Below are positions 28,971-38,179 of a DNA stretch of 64,000 nucleotides, in pieces. The stretch's first letter is position 1. Every line of letters begins with the position of its first letter. Source of the stretch: an uncultured Deferribacteraceae bacterium. Lineage in GTDB: Bacteria > Chrysiogenota > Deferribacteres > CAMZNJ01. The stretch covers positions 1,306 through 65,305 of the forward strand of contig CAMZNS010000032.1 of NCBI GenBank assembly GCA_947313855.1, read 5' to 3'. The position numbers and the translations under genes were made by a program. Under the pieces are notes generated by a model. The model was not told the DNA's origin. It worked only from the letters and a program-made list of their open reading frames with translations, and searched no databases.

Positions 28971-31900
28971 CTAAATATAGTTCATTAGGGATAGACCTAG
29001 TATTCTGCTTGTTGCTTGCAGTGCTGTTTCGTATATCAGCATGGACTGTTGATAGTTATTCGTTATGTTGTAGATATCGTTTTCGGTAGATCCTAGGTAG
29101 TTGGATCGGAACTGTTCTAGGTTGAGGTTTATCCGTTCGTTAAACGATATCTGGGAGCTTACAATATTCCCTCTGTTACCTATATCGGCATAAATGCTAT
29201 TTACCTGAGAGGCAATTTTGTCGAATATGTCAATTTCCTGTTGTACTCCTGATCCGAGTGCGGTGGTGAAGTTGTTGCCACGCATTACACTCCCTGAGTC
29301 GAACCCCAAGGAGATTCCGTCTGCTACGAAATAGTTTTGGTTGGCAGTTTTGATGTTAATGTTGTCCACTATTCTGCCTGCGGAATCGGTAATGGCAACG
29401 CTCAAGGACTCCCCTGCACGTGCAAACCCTAGCACTATGTTGTTTTCAGCCCTTGGATCGTGGTTCCCCTCGACAAACCCCACTGTTGTGTTGGCTTTGT
29501 TGACCACAAATCCAAACCCTTTATCCCCTGTGCGTACGGCGGTGAAGAATGTGTCAAGACCGGCTGTGGCAAGCTCTGTTGCCAGATCGTCCATGAGGTT
29601 GTTGAAGCCTGTGGTGCTGTAGTCTTTGTTGGGGATGGTAATGGATTGTGTCTGTACTTGCGTCCCGACCATGTATCGGAAAGTTAGTGTTCGTTCGTCC
29701 ACAGATGCTTTTGACAGATCGAGGCTTACCATGTCTGCAACGGGGCTGATGAGGTCAGTACCTTTGTATCCTACGCCTAGGGGGTTGTTGGGGGAGGCGG
29801 ACAGATACCCTGTGCCACTAGTGTACGTTGGCGTAATGGTGTCGCCACTACCTGCAAACGTTATCAGTGTATTGAGCACTGCTGAGGCTGATATCTGGTT
29901 GTTTATCTCTGTGGCGAGTGCATCGACGTCGCCATAGTTGTTGGCTGGTATGGTGATGGTGTCGCTCACCCAAGTATTTGTTCCGAGGTCGAAGGTTTTG
30001 ATGGTCATATCTTGTGCAACGGCAATATTTAGGTTGACGGGGAAAGGATCCCCTGTTGGCTTCCCCGCATCGAGGGCAATAATTGCCGCATCACTTTGTG
30101 CCGCTAGGTTTATGTTGCTTGTGCCCGCCCCAGACTTTACCACGAGGGTGCCACCATTGTCGTGTGCTACTATCCCTACTGCTTTGAATGCGGGGTCGTT
30201 ATTGATTGCGTCGATGATAAGTTTGTTTTGCTGTTTGAGGGTCATACCTGTGGGGTAGCTTGTTGCGGGGATTTGAACGGGGATGGTGCGAAGTGTGTCT
30301 TTGTCGTTATCCCATACCTCCACGTCGAACAGGATATCGCCTAGGGCGGGGCTAACGAGGGTGGTGTTGGCGTACTCCAAGCGAAGCTCGTCTTGGAGGT
30401 ACGACTCGGGGGACGAAGCGAACTGATTAACATTGAATCCCCATGTATCGTTGTTGTAGCCGGTGTATTGCCCTGAGAAGAATGCCTTTGCGAGGAGATC
30501 GTTGTTCGGATCGAGGGCCCATTCGCTTGGTGACAGGTCGCCATTGTCGCGAACATTGTTGCTCAAGGCGTCTTCTAGGTTTTGGATGGCGTTAAATATG
30601 TTTACGTTACTGCCCTGCTCCGTAATATGCATATCCCCTAGGCGAAGGTTGTTGCCACCACTTAGTGCGATGGTGAAGTTCCTGTCCACGCCTATGTTTG
30701 CTGCATCAATGGGGGGAGTCCACGAGATCCCCTGCTTCAGATCCACAGGACCACCCTTGTAGTCGGCAACTGTACCGCTAGCTATGGGACCACCCTTTTT
30801 GCTTACGATATTGTAGGTTAAGTCGAACCGACCACCAACGTTGTCTATGCGATAGCTAACATCCCAGTCCATGTCCCCTTGACCATCGTAAGAGCCACTT
30901 ATAATTTGGTCGGTGTACCCCAACGAGCGATCGATACCTCTGTTGTCGGGGGTCATGCTCAAGGATAGGCGACTGTCGGAACCGCTGTACAAATCCTCCA
31001 CAACAATCTGACCGACGCTGTTGATGGAAACGATTGCTGAGCCGTTGTAGAAGTTGTTGGCGAAGTTGAGGAGATCCTCGAACGATTTGTTGACAGGGGC
31101 GGAGTAGTCGCGACCCAAGGTTGCACTGTGCAGGGTGCCGTTGGACATGATGGACAGGGATGTGTTCTCGCCGTAATTCTCATTCTCGAAGGTGTAGGTT
31201 ATGTCGTAAACGTCGGCAACACCAGTGGCAACAACGTGGGATTGGATGTTAAACCCTGTGTCCATACTCATCTGCTTGTTTATCATAAACTGAATATCTA
31301 ACTCTGTCGAACCCGCAGGGATAGCTAACGTGTAGTCGTTGCCGTTGATGGTGTAGTTGTATGTACCCGAAGAGAGGTTTGTGTTGGTAGCGGTTAGTTG
31401 CAAAAACTCGTTGGCACCCGGTACCGTAAACGGACGAGTCGACAGGTTGAACTCGTTATCTTTCCCGTAGGTGAGGTTCCCCGTGTAGTCCTGAAACTTG
31501 TCAAACCCCAAAGCGTTATCGATGTCGCCAAACGCTGAGAGGGAAACCTTATCCCCAACCTCATTGGTCATTATCATAAGTTGCTGTCCGTCGGCAACAC
31601 TACGCAATTCGCCAGATATATCCACAACATGGCTAGTATCTTGAGGCGTGGGGGATAGTAGGGATGACCCAGCAAACGTTGCTGTTTTCATGGCAACGTT
31701 GAAAGCGTCGGAAAGATTTTCCACACTACCATAATTCTTCGCCTCAAGCTCTACCTTGTAGTAACTACTGCCATAACGAACATAAGTAATACGTGCACTA
31801 TCAGGGAGATCGGCTAAGTTAACATTAACCTCACTGGTGCCCGACACCCGTGCATTCCCCACAGGATGACCATAATGATCGCTTGCCCGAAACTGAATCG

Positions 31901-32906
31901 CATCACCGGGACTACTCTTCACACCATCCAATCCCGAAAACACGGAGGCTAAGTTTATTGGGAGACCGCTGTAGGTGTTGAGAAACGAACTCTGCAACGT
32001 CTTGTACGTGGACATGAATAAGGAGTTGCCTGAAACATTCAATGCCACATTGGAGTTGCTCCCTATCTGCGACACGATCTCACTGGAATCACCTTTGTAC
32101 GTAATATCCGAACCCGCAACATAGGTGAAATGGTATTCGGTGAAAAGGTGCGTCGTATTTTCGGGTAGCTTTATGGCCATGCCACGACCTAGGTTGACCA
32201 CCTTGCCAGGCTCGTATGCCACTGATGTTGAGAGCATCAACTTGTTGCCGTCACTCGTTGCATCATCGCTAGAGTTGGAGTCGATGGGTACGGCATTCCC
32301 GTATTTGTCGTACAGGGTAAGCTCTGCCATACCGTTGGAAATTGTTACCCCCATGCGATAGTCGCCCTGAGGGAGCTCCCGCACGTCGCTGAATGTATCT
32401 GTGGCGAACAAAGCCCCGTCGCTGTTGTTGCTAGAGCGAATGTTCTTCACATCGTTGCTACCCTCAACAAACGGCGGTTCACCTGTGCCAAAACCACCAA
32501 AAATATAGTGATCAAGGTAATCGGTGTTGGACAAACCAACAACCTGTTGCATAATGGACTTAATCGCCGAAGCCATGGAGCTCCTATCGCTAGCACTAAG
32601 GGTATCGTTGGCACCCTGTATGGCGTAGTCGTTTTTGACAGTATTGATAATGTTCACTAGGGAACCAACGGCGGAATCCGACTCTGTCAGCCAGTGTGAG
32701 GCTTTGTCCGCATTGTCGCCATAGGATTGCAGAATATTTATTTGTTGCTGTGTTTTGAGGTAGAACGAGTAGGATCGAACGTCGTTTTCAGGGTTAATCA
32801 ATTGGCGACCATTTAAAACACGCATGTAGTCTTGTTGCATGCGTTGGTTTGTGGACTGCATATGTGCTGCCCCTGTGTTGTACAAGCTGTTGAATGTAAC
32901 TCTCAT
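28971..32906 (-). CDS. flgL: Flagellar hook-associated protein 3 FlgL, giant form (1311 aa)
   Basis: The N-terminal flagellin-like helices are MRVTFNSLYNTGAAHMQSTNQRMQQ. The C-terminal helices are QEIDIFDKIASQVNSIYADIGNRGNIVSSQISFNERIN...SRILGLSLMNYI. About 900 aa of central insertion lie between them. Confidence 0.7.
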   Translation of the reverse strand: MRVTFNSLYNTGAAHMQSTNQRMQQDYMRVLNGRQLINPENDVRSYSFYLKTQQQINILQSYGDNADKASHWLTESDSAVGSLVNIINTVKNDYAIQGANDTLSASDRSSMASAIKSIMQQVVGLSNTDYLDHYIFGGFGTGEPPFVEGSNDVKNIRSSNNSDGALFATDTFSDVRELPQGDYRMGVTISNGMAELTLYDKYGNAVPIDSNSSDDATSDGNKLMLSTSVAYEPGKVVNLGRGMAIKLPENTTHLFTEYHFTYVAGSDITYKGDSSEIVSQIGSNSNVALNVSGNSLFMSTYKTLQSSFLNTYSGLPINLASVFSGLDGVKSSPGDAIQFRASDHYGHPVGNARVSGTSEVNVNLADLPDSARITYVRYGSSYYKVELEAKNYGSVENLSDAFNVAMKTATFAGSSLLSPTPQDTSHVVDISGELRSVADGQQLMIMTNEVGDKVSLSAFGDIDNALGFDKFQDYTGNLTYGKDNEFNLSTRPFTVPGANEFLQLTATNTNLSSGTYNYTINGNDYTLAIPAGSTELDIQFMINKQMSMDTGFNIQSHVVATGVADVYDITYTFENENYGENTSLSIMSNGTLHSATLGRDYSAPVNKSFEDLLNFANNFYNGSAIVSINSVGQIVVEDLYSGSDSRLSLSMTPDNRGIDRSLGYTDQIISGSYDGQGDMDWDVSYRIDNVGGRFDLTYNIVSKKGGPIASGTVADYKGGPVDLKQGISWTPPIDAANIGVDRNFTIALSGGNNLRLGDMHITEQGSNVNIFNAIQNLEDALSNNVRDNGDLSPSEWALDPNNDLLAKAFFSGQYTGYNNDTWGFNVNQFASSPESYLQDELRLEYANTTLVSPALGDILFDVEVWDNDKDTLRTIPVQIPATSYPTGMTLKQQNKLIIDAINNDPAFKAVGIVAHDNGGTLVVKSGAGTSNINLAAQSDAAIIALDAGKPTGDPFPVNLNIAVAQDMTIKTFDLGTNTWVSDTITIPANNYGDVDALATEINNQISASAVLNTLITFAGSGDTITPTYTSGTGYLSASPNNPLGVGYKGTDLISPVADMVSLDLSKASVDERTLTFRYMVGTQVQTQSITIPNKDYSTTGFNNLMDDLATELATAGLDTFFTAVRTGDKGFGFVVNKANTTVGFVEGNHDPRAENNIVLGFARAGESLSVAITDSAGRIVDNINIKTANQNYFVADGISLGFDSGSVMRGNNFTTALGSGVQQEIDIFDKIASQVNSIYADIGNRGNIVSSQISFNERINLNLEQFRSNYLGSTENDIYNITNNYQQSMLIYETALQATSRILGLSLMNYI

Positions 32907-33034
32907 GATTTTCCGCTCCTAAAAACATATTCGTGGGTAGTTGTGTGCGAACCCCTGCTAACCAGCACTACACACCACGCCACACCTACCAACCAGCACC
33001 ACACACCACGCACACCTACCAACTAGCACTACGG

Positions 33035-34789
33035 CTACCTACCAACCAGCCCAAGCCGATTAACGATTAAGTCCAACATCTGATCAACAGCCGTAATAAA
33101 CCTTGCGTTCGCCTCATACGACTTCTGAAATTTTGTAAGATTTATTGCCTCTTCATCGAGGGAGACCCCTGTAACTGCGTCTAAGCGTACACTTACCGCC
33201 TGAAGTGAGACCAGCTTCGAGCCGGCAAAAATATCCGCCTCGTACTTCATGGCAGATATTTCCGCCACAAAAGAGGAGTAGTACGCCTCAAACGATATAT
33301 TCCCAAGCGACCCGCCAGTATTAATTCCTGACATGGCTATGGCGTTTGTATTATCGCCAACCTTACCTGACGTACCCGCCACCAAAAACCCTGAATCCAC
33401 CTGTATCTTTTGGCTTACAGAGATATCTCGCACACCTGTGCCGCTGAAAAAACTATTGAACCCCATAGCGGCCGAAAACCCCGTATTGTCGGCGGTGAAA
33501 GCGATTGTGCTGTTATCTTTACTCGACAGCACCAGTCGGTTGTCCGAATTAACAACAGCACTTATCAGCCCCCCTGAAGCATCACTAATCTTCTCCGCAA
33601 TGCTCCCGATGGAGTCGACTTTAGGGTCGATACTAATGTTAACAGTTTGCACAACCGTATTGTTGTCGTCATAAATACTCAGGGAGAACGATCCCGCCTG
33701 CATCTGAAAACTCGTATTCTCAAACGTATCACCAAGGTGCTGTTGCAACGGGAATCGAGAATCGGTAACGCTGTAGGCGGAAACAAGACTAGACTCTGCA
33801 CGCAAGTGTCGTCCTAGACCATGCACCTTGTTTGTTTCAAAGATTAGGGCACTAGCAAACGAATCTATCTGCTCGATGGTGTTCAGAAGGTTCTTGTCGC
33901 GAGAATCAAGGTCGCCGCGAATCGAGCCAGCACGTATTTGGCTAGTAATATCCACAGACTCGCCACGGGTGCCAATATTTACCCCCCGATACTTGATTGT
34001 CAGGAGCCTGTCCTGCCCCTCCCCAACCTCGGTAATAAACTTACCCGCATCACCACGATCCACAGCCACAACACCAGCGATTACGACGGCATAACTACCA
34101 TCAACACGCTCCGTTACGTTTGTTGGTGCGTAGTTAGAGATTGTCGCCACAGCCATGTCACGTTTGTCACGCAATTCATTTGCGATTGTAACCCCATCAC
34201 TCTCAATCTCCACTATTTTCAGGTTATACTGAGCAATATTTTTCAACTGCATATTCATGTCATCCACAGCGATATTAACTTTGACCTCAATATCATCGCG
34301 AACAGACTCAATATGCTTGTAGCCGTCTTGGAGCTTATCCGAAAGGGTGACAGCTTTGTTGACTACGTTGTTTCGGTTTGTCAGAGCTGTCTGGGTATCG
34401 TCTGGCGGTGTTCCCCCAAGGGTAACCCACGATTGTGTGTAGTCACTAAGGGCATCGGAGAGTCCGCCACTCCCGTCGAGTTCGTTGAAGTATTGTTGTA
34501 GGTTGCCGATGTTTTCCTGCATCGAAGACCACATGGTAAACCCCGACATTTCATGGCGAACATTTGATGCAAGGAGATCGTCGTAAACACGCTCAACACG
34601 GGTAAGGCTAGCACCTGTGCCGAACCAACCACGAGTGTCGATAGCTTCACGGGATTCGATAACAGCACGTTGACGCGAATAACCGACCGTATTGGCATTA
34701 GAAATATTATTACCTGTAACACTGATTCCTGCTTGGGCGGTGTAGAGCCCCGACGAGCCGGTGTAGAGCATTCCGAACAAAGAACTCAT
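33035..34789 (-). CDS. flgK: Flagellar hook-associated protein 1 FlgK
   Basis: The N-terminus is LFGMLYTGSSGLYTAQAGISVTGNNISNANTVGYSRQ. The C-terminal conserved helix is QKSYEANARFITAVDQMLD. Confidence 0.9.
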   Translation of the reverse strand: MSSLFGMLYTGSSGLYTAQAGISVTGNNISNANTVGYSRQRAVIESREAIDTRGWFGTGASLTRVERVYDDLLASNVRHEMSGFTMWSSMQENIGNLQQYFNELDGSGGLSDALSDYTQSWVTLGGTPPDDTQTALTNRNNVVNKAVTLSDKLQDGYKHIESVRDDIEVKVNIAVDDMNMQLKNIAQYNLKIVEIESDGVTIANELRDKRDMAVATISNYAPTNVTERVDGSYAVVIAGVVAVDRGDAGKFITEVGEGQDRLLTIKYRGVNIGTRGESVDITSQIRAGSIRGDLDSRDKNLLNTIEQIDSFASALIFETNKVHGLGRHLRAESSLVSAYSVTDSRFPLQQHLGDTFENTSFQMQAGSFSLSIYDDNNTVVQTVNISIDPKVDSIGSIAEKISDASGGLISAVVNSDNRLVLSSKDNSTIAFTADNTGFSAAMGFNSFFSGTGVRDISVSQKIQVDSGFLVAGTSGKVGDNTNAIAMSGINTGGSLGNISFEAYYSSFVAEISAMKYEADIFAGSKLVSLQAVSVRLDAVTGVSLDEEAINLTKFQKSYEANARFITAVDQMLDLIVNRLGLVGR

Positions 34790-34792
34790 GGC

Positions 34793-35356
34793 TTACCCCT
34801 TAAATGAAATGGTGCTAATGTCTGAACCGCCACTTGTTGGTTTCCAAGGTGAGTTTGCGTAAACGCCACTATTTGCAATCCCCACCGACTGAAAGAACCC
34901 CTCGCAAAGACGCTTATTTGTGTTATAAACCGACTGGAGTTGAGCCGTCAACCCCTTCAGAGCTAGCACCTGTTCTTCGATTGTTTTTTGCAGTAGCTCC
35001 AACTCTGTTGCGATAGAGGTGTCAGGCATATCTTTCAACGCCTCGATAACTTGAGGGAGAGTCATCTCCGACGATCCAAGCTCTCGGCACACTCTGGTCA
35101 TAATGGCGGTCTTGCTTTTGCCAAGAACAGCTTCGTTTGCGATGAGTGTCTCCTTACGCTTGGTAAACTCCTCCACCGCCTCACTATCCCATTGTATTGC
35201 ACTTTCAAGCTCTTGAGTCGAGATGGTAATAAATTCCGTCAAAAGGTTGGACGACGACACTAAAACATCTCTCAAGCGTTGAATAATCTCCATAACGTCA
35301 CCTCGATCATAAGTATCATTTGCGTTCATCAGTAGTGTTAACGGCATTCTCAGCAC
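34793..35356 (-). CDS. Probable flagellar chaperone FlgN-like protein
   Basis: It is small, helical and acidic. It sits between flgM and flgK, the canonical flgN position. No strong motif was found. The likely start is the Met at 35296. Confidence 0.4.
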   Translation of the reverse strand: MLRMPLTLLMNANDTYDRGDVMEIIQRLRDVLVSSSNLLTEFITISTQELESAIQWDSEAVEEFTKRKETLIANEAVLGKSKTAIMTRVCRELGSSEMTLPQVIEALKDMPDTSIATELELLQKTIEEQVLALKGLTAQLQSVYNTNKRLCEGFFQSVGIANSGVYANSPWKPTSGGSDISTISFKG

Positions 35357-35426
35357 TGGCTAACACTACTCCACATATCACTCTATTCCCTAGCAATTTT
35401 CTAGCCAACTCTCCGCCGTCTGGCGT

Positions 35427-35531
35427 TGTGGACGTGTGGGACGTGTGGGACGCGGGGGGACGCATGGAACGTGTGGGACGTGTGGGACGTGTGGGACGCG
35501 GGGGACGCGGGGGGACGCGGGGGGACGCATG
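35427..35531. repeat. G-rich tandem repeats (GGGACGTGT / GGGACGCGGG units, about 12 copies) in the flgM-flgN spacer
   Basis: Direct reading. There are multiple GGG/GGGG runs on the plus strand. Confidence 0.85.
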
Positions 35532-35628
35532 AGGATGGACGGTGCTGGCACTCTAGTGGAGCAGGTGATATTTTACGGGAGCAAAGCGAACAGCGAAGAT
35601 TAATGGAGAAAACGGACGACCAAATGAA

Positions 35629-35700
35629 CGCAGGAGCAAAACTAACGAACGCAGGAGCAAAACTAACGGACAAGTGGACAAAACTAACGGACAGGCGGAC
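35629..35700. repeat. Tandem about 20-mer GCAGGAGCAAAACTAACGRAC (3 degenerate copies) immediately downstream of flgM
   Basis: Direct reading. Confidence 0.75.
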
Positions 35701-36020
35701 TACTCCGAGTCAAGAGATATCTCATCAAACACACTATTAACCATCGCCGCCGCAATTAAATCGGGAGAGGGCTTGTACGTTCCATTAGCAATCTTTTCCT
35801 TAAGATCATTCACCAAATCCAAACGAATATTCGGCTGACTCTCAATGGACTTGGACAAAGAGGAAGCACTACTACTCACAGATACAGAGGCTGCCGATGG
35901 CACCTTGGCACCAGGGGAGGACTCTGCACCCACAAGAGCATTACGTTTACTACTGTTTACACTTACCCTATCTGAATCTAGATAAGGTGGCAATAACGAC
36001 GCATCTCCGTTTATTTTCAT
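35700..36020 (-). CDS. flgM: Anti-sigma-28 factor FlgM
   Basis: The C-terminal signature is RLDLVNDLKEKIANGTYKPSPDLIAAAMV. Confidence 0.7.
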   Translation of the reverse strand: MKINGDASLLPPYLDSDRVSVNSSKRNALVGAESSPGAKVPSAASVSVSSSASSLSKSIESQPNIRLDLVNDLKEKIANGTYKPSPDLIAAAMVNSVFDEISLDSE

Positions 36021-36403
36021 AGTAAACCTCTATGGGTCTGCAAACACACCCTTGCAGCAATTAGATACCCTGAGACGATAACCCTAACTAGTTAGCAATT
36101 CAATTAGCAACTCTCAATTTAGATTCTCAACCTAGACTGCCGATTGCTATGGCAACTAATTACAATATCGACATTAAGTAATAATTCTAAACATAAATAT
36201 AATATATGTCTACTGAAGTCAGTATTTAGTTCAGTTTCCGAGACAATTAGTTCAGTTTCCGAGACAATTAAACAACAAGCACAACAGCTCTGCAACAGGC
36301 TAGAAAGCGAACAAGAAATTATAACTCGGATACGACGATAACTACGACTCTGCAACACAAACTGCACTACCGTAGATAATACACGCCTGCTACTACATTA
36401 ATC

Positions 36404-36940
36404 CTAATATACTTTGTTGTCAAGTGCTTTGTCGTTAAAATTCTGAGACTTTATCTCTCTAAGGGTGCTGGATAGCCCCAAATACTGATCTGTTAGCATG
36501 TTGCTATTTATTTTATCACCACCATTATTGTTACCAGCTGTAACTTCAACATCCGAAGACGGAACTATTACCCCTGCCGATCTGAGCTGATTAGTGCGAT
36601 TCTCATGCCAACCTTCAAGGGTCGGTAGCAGAGATTGATACACCATTTCAGAGAGACCGTAAGGATTTTTGTGCGACGCCATGTCGGCAATTTCTGCATC
36701 CAACATGGAGGTAAATATTTTCTCCTCTTGAGTTGTCTGAAATAAACCTTTCTCGTCATCGTCAGAAAAACTTATCTTACGCATGGACTTAAATATTTCG
36801 TTGGTCAATAGCGACTCGAAACTTTCTGCCAATGTGCGTAACTTATCCTTCTGCATGCTCAAAAATTTCTCAGGATCGCGAGTATCCCCACCTACCTGCA
36901 TGGCGGTGGCTTTGTATTGAGTGCTGTTAATGCTTTCCAT
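36404..36940 (-). CDS. flgJ: Flagellar rod-binding protein (FlgJ N-terminal-domain-only homolog, no muramidase domain)
   Basis: The rod-binding-domain motif is LRTLAESFESLLTNEIFKSMRK...EEKIFTSMLDAEIADMAS. Confidence 0.65.
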   Translation of the reverse strand: MESINSTQYKATAMQVGGDTRDPEKFLSMQKDKLRTLAESFESLLTNEIFKSMRKISFSDDDEKGLFQTTQEEKIFTSMLDAEIADMASHKNPYGLSEMVYQSLLPTLEGWHENRTNQLRSAGVIVPSSDVEVTAGNNNGGDKINSNMLTDQYLGLSSTLREIKSQNFNDKALDNKVY

Positions 36941-36954
36941 GATAATGCCCCTTG

Positions 36955-38034
36955 TTAGATTATTTCCAGTTCTGCGTGCAATGCACCTGCAACTTTCACA
37001 CTTTGGAGTATGGCTATGAGGTCGTTGGAGGTGGCACCCACGGCGTTGAGGGCACGGATGAGATCCCCGATGGTTGCCCCCCCCCCTAGGGAGAATACAC
37101 TTGCTTGTGTTGCACCTTCGATGAGGGGATCGAGGTCGTTTGGTGCTCCATCGAGTGGTGCATCGCTCCCTATTGTGATGGTCATCCCTGCGTGTGATAC
37201 TGCCACTTGGTTGATGCTAACGTCCGAGCCCATGACAACCGTACCTGTGCGTTGGTCGATTACTACTCTGGCAAAATTTGCGGGGGTAATTTCTAGGTTG
37301 AGGATGGTGTTGAGGAAGTCGTAGTAGCTTGCACGATAGTTTTCAGGGACAGCAACCGAAACCGTATTCGGGCTTGAGATGATGCTGATGGGTGAGTTGA
37401 AGAATTTGTTGATGGCATTTTTGATGCTTACGGTGTCGTCAACGTTGTACCTTGATAGCGACAGGTCGATCTTTGTGGTGTCCATGTTGTAGTCGATTTT
37501 GTGTTCGACAAACCCACCGTTGGGGATATTCCCTGCAGTCAGTGCGACACCGTTGGGGTCGACAACAACTTGTCCTTGAGCGATGGCGTATATTTGTCCA
37601 TCGGCACCAACAAGTTGTGTCATTAGTAGTGTGCCGCTTGCCAGCGAGCTAGCGTCCCCTAGGGATGATATTTTCAGGTCGATACGTGATCCCGGTTGTG
37701 CGAATGGTGGTAGCATTGCTGTGACCATAACAGCGGCGACGTTATTGACGTTGATGTCTGCTGCGTTTACCGATACTCCCATGCGTTCCAGAGCTGAGGA
37801 GAGTGATTGCACGGTGAATTGTGCATTTTGCGAGTTATCGCCGGTGCCTTCAAGACCTACAACGAGTCCGTATCCGATGAGCTGATTGAATCGAATCCCT
37901 TCGACGGTGGATATGTCCCGTATTTTCACTGATGCTAGAAGGTTGGTGCTAAGGAGTAGCATGACTGTTGTGATGGCAATGATGGCCAAGGGTTGTTTCC
38001 CATCTATTTTGGTGTACTTTGCGAATCTAGTCAT
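36955..38034 (-). CDS. flgI: Flagellar P-ring protein FlgI
   Basis: The signal peptide is followed by VKIRDISTVEGIRFNQLIGYGLVVGLEGTGD. The FlgI family is matched throughout. Confidence 0.9.
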   Translation of the reverse strand: MTRFAKYTKIDGKQPLAIIAITTVMLLLSTNLLASVKIRDISTVEGIRFNQLIGYGLVVGLEGTGDNSQNAQFTVQSLSSALERMGVSVNAADINVNNVAAVMVTAMLPPFAQPGSRIDLKISSLGDASSLASGTLLMTQLVGADGQIYAIAQGQVVVDPNGVALTAGNIPNGGFVEHKIDYNMDTTKIDLSLSRYNVDDTVSIKNAINKFFNSPISIISSPNTVSVAVPENYRASYYDFLNTILNLEITPANFARVVIDQRTGTVVMGSDVSINQVAVSHAGMTITIGSDAPLDGAPNDLDPLIEGATQASVFSLGGGATIGDLIRALNAVGATSNDLIAILQSVKVAGALHAELEII

Positions 38035-38179
38035 ATTAGTTTATTCCCTGCGTGTATTTATTCGGCTACGTTGTTGCACCTTGTTAAGGGCGTTGTTTGT
38101 TGCCATGTAGTTCACAGCAATTAGTGTGCCATGGGGTGGCGGTTTGGTTAAACCAGATTGTTTGGTTAAACGCCCTTGT

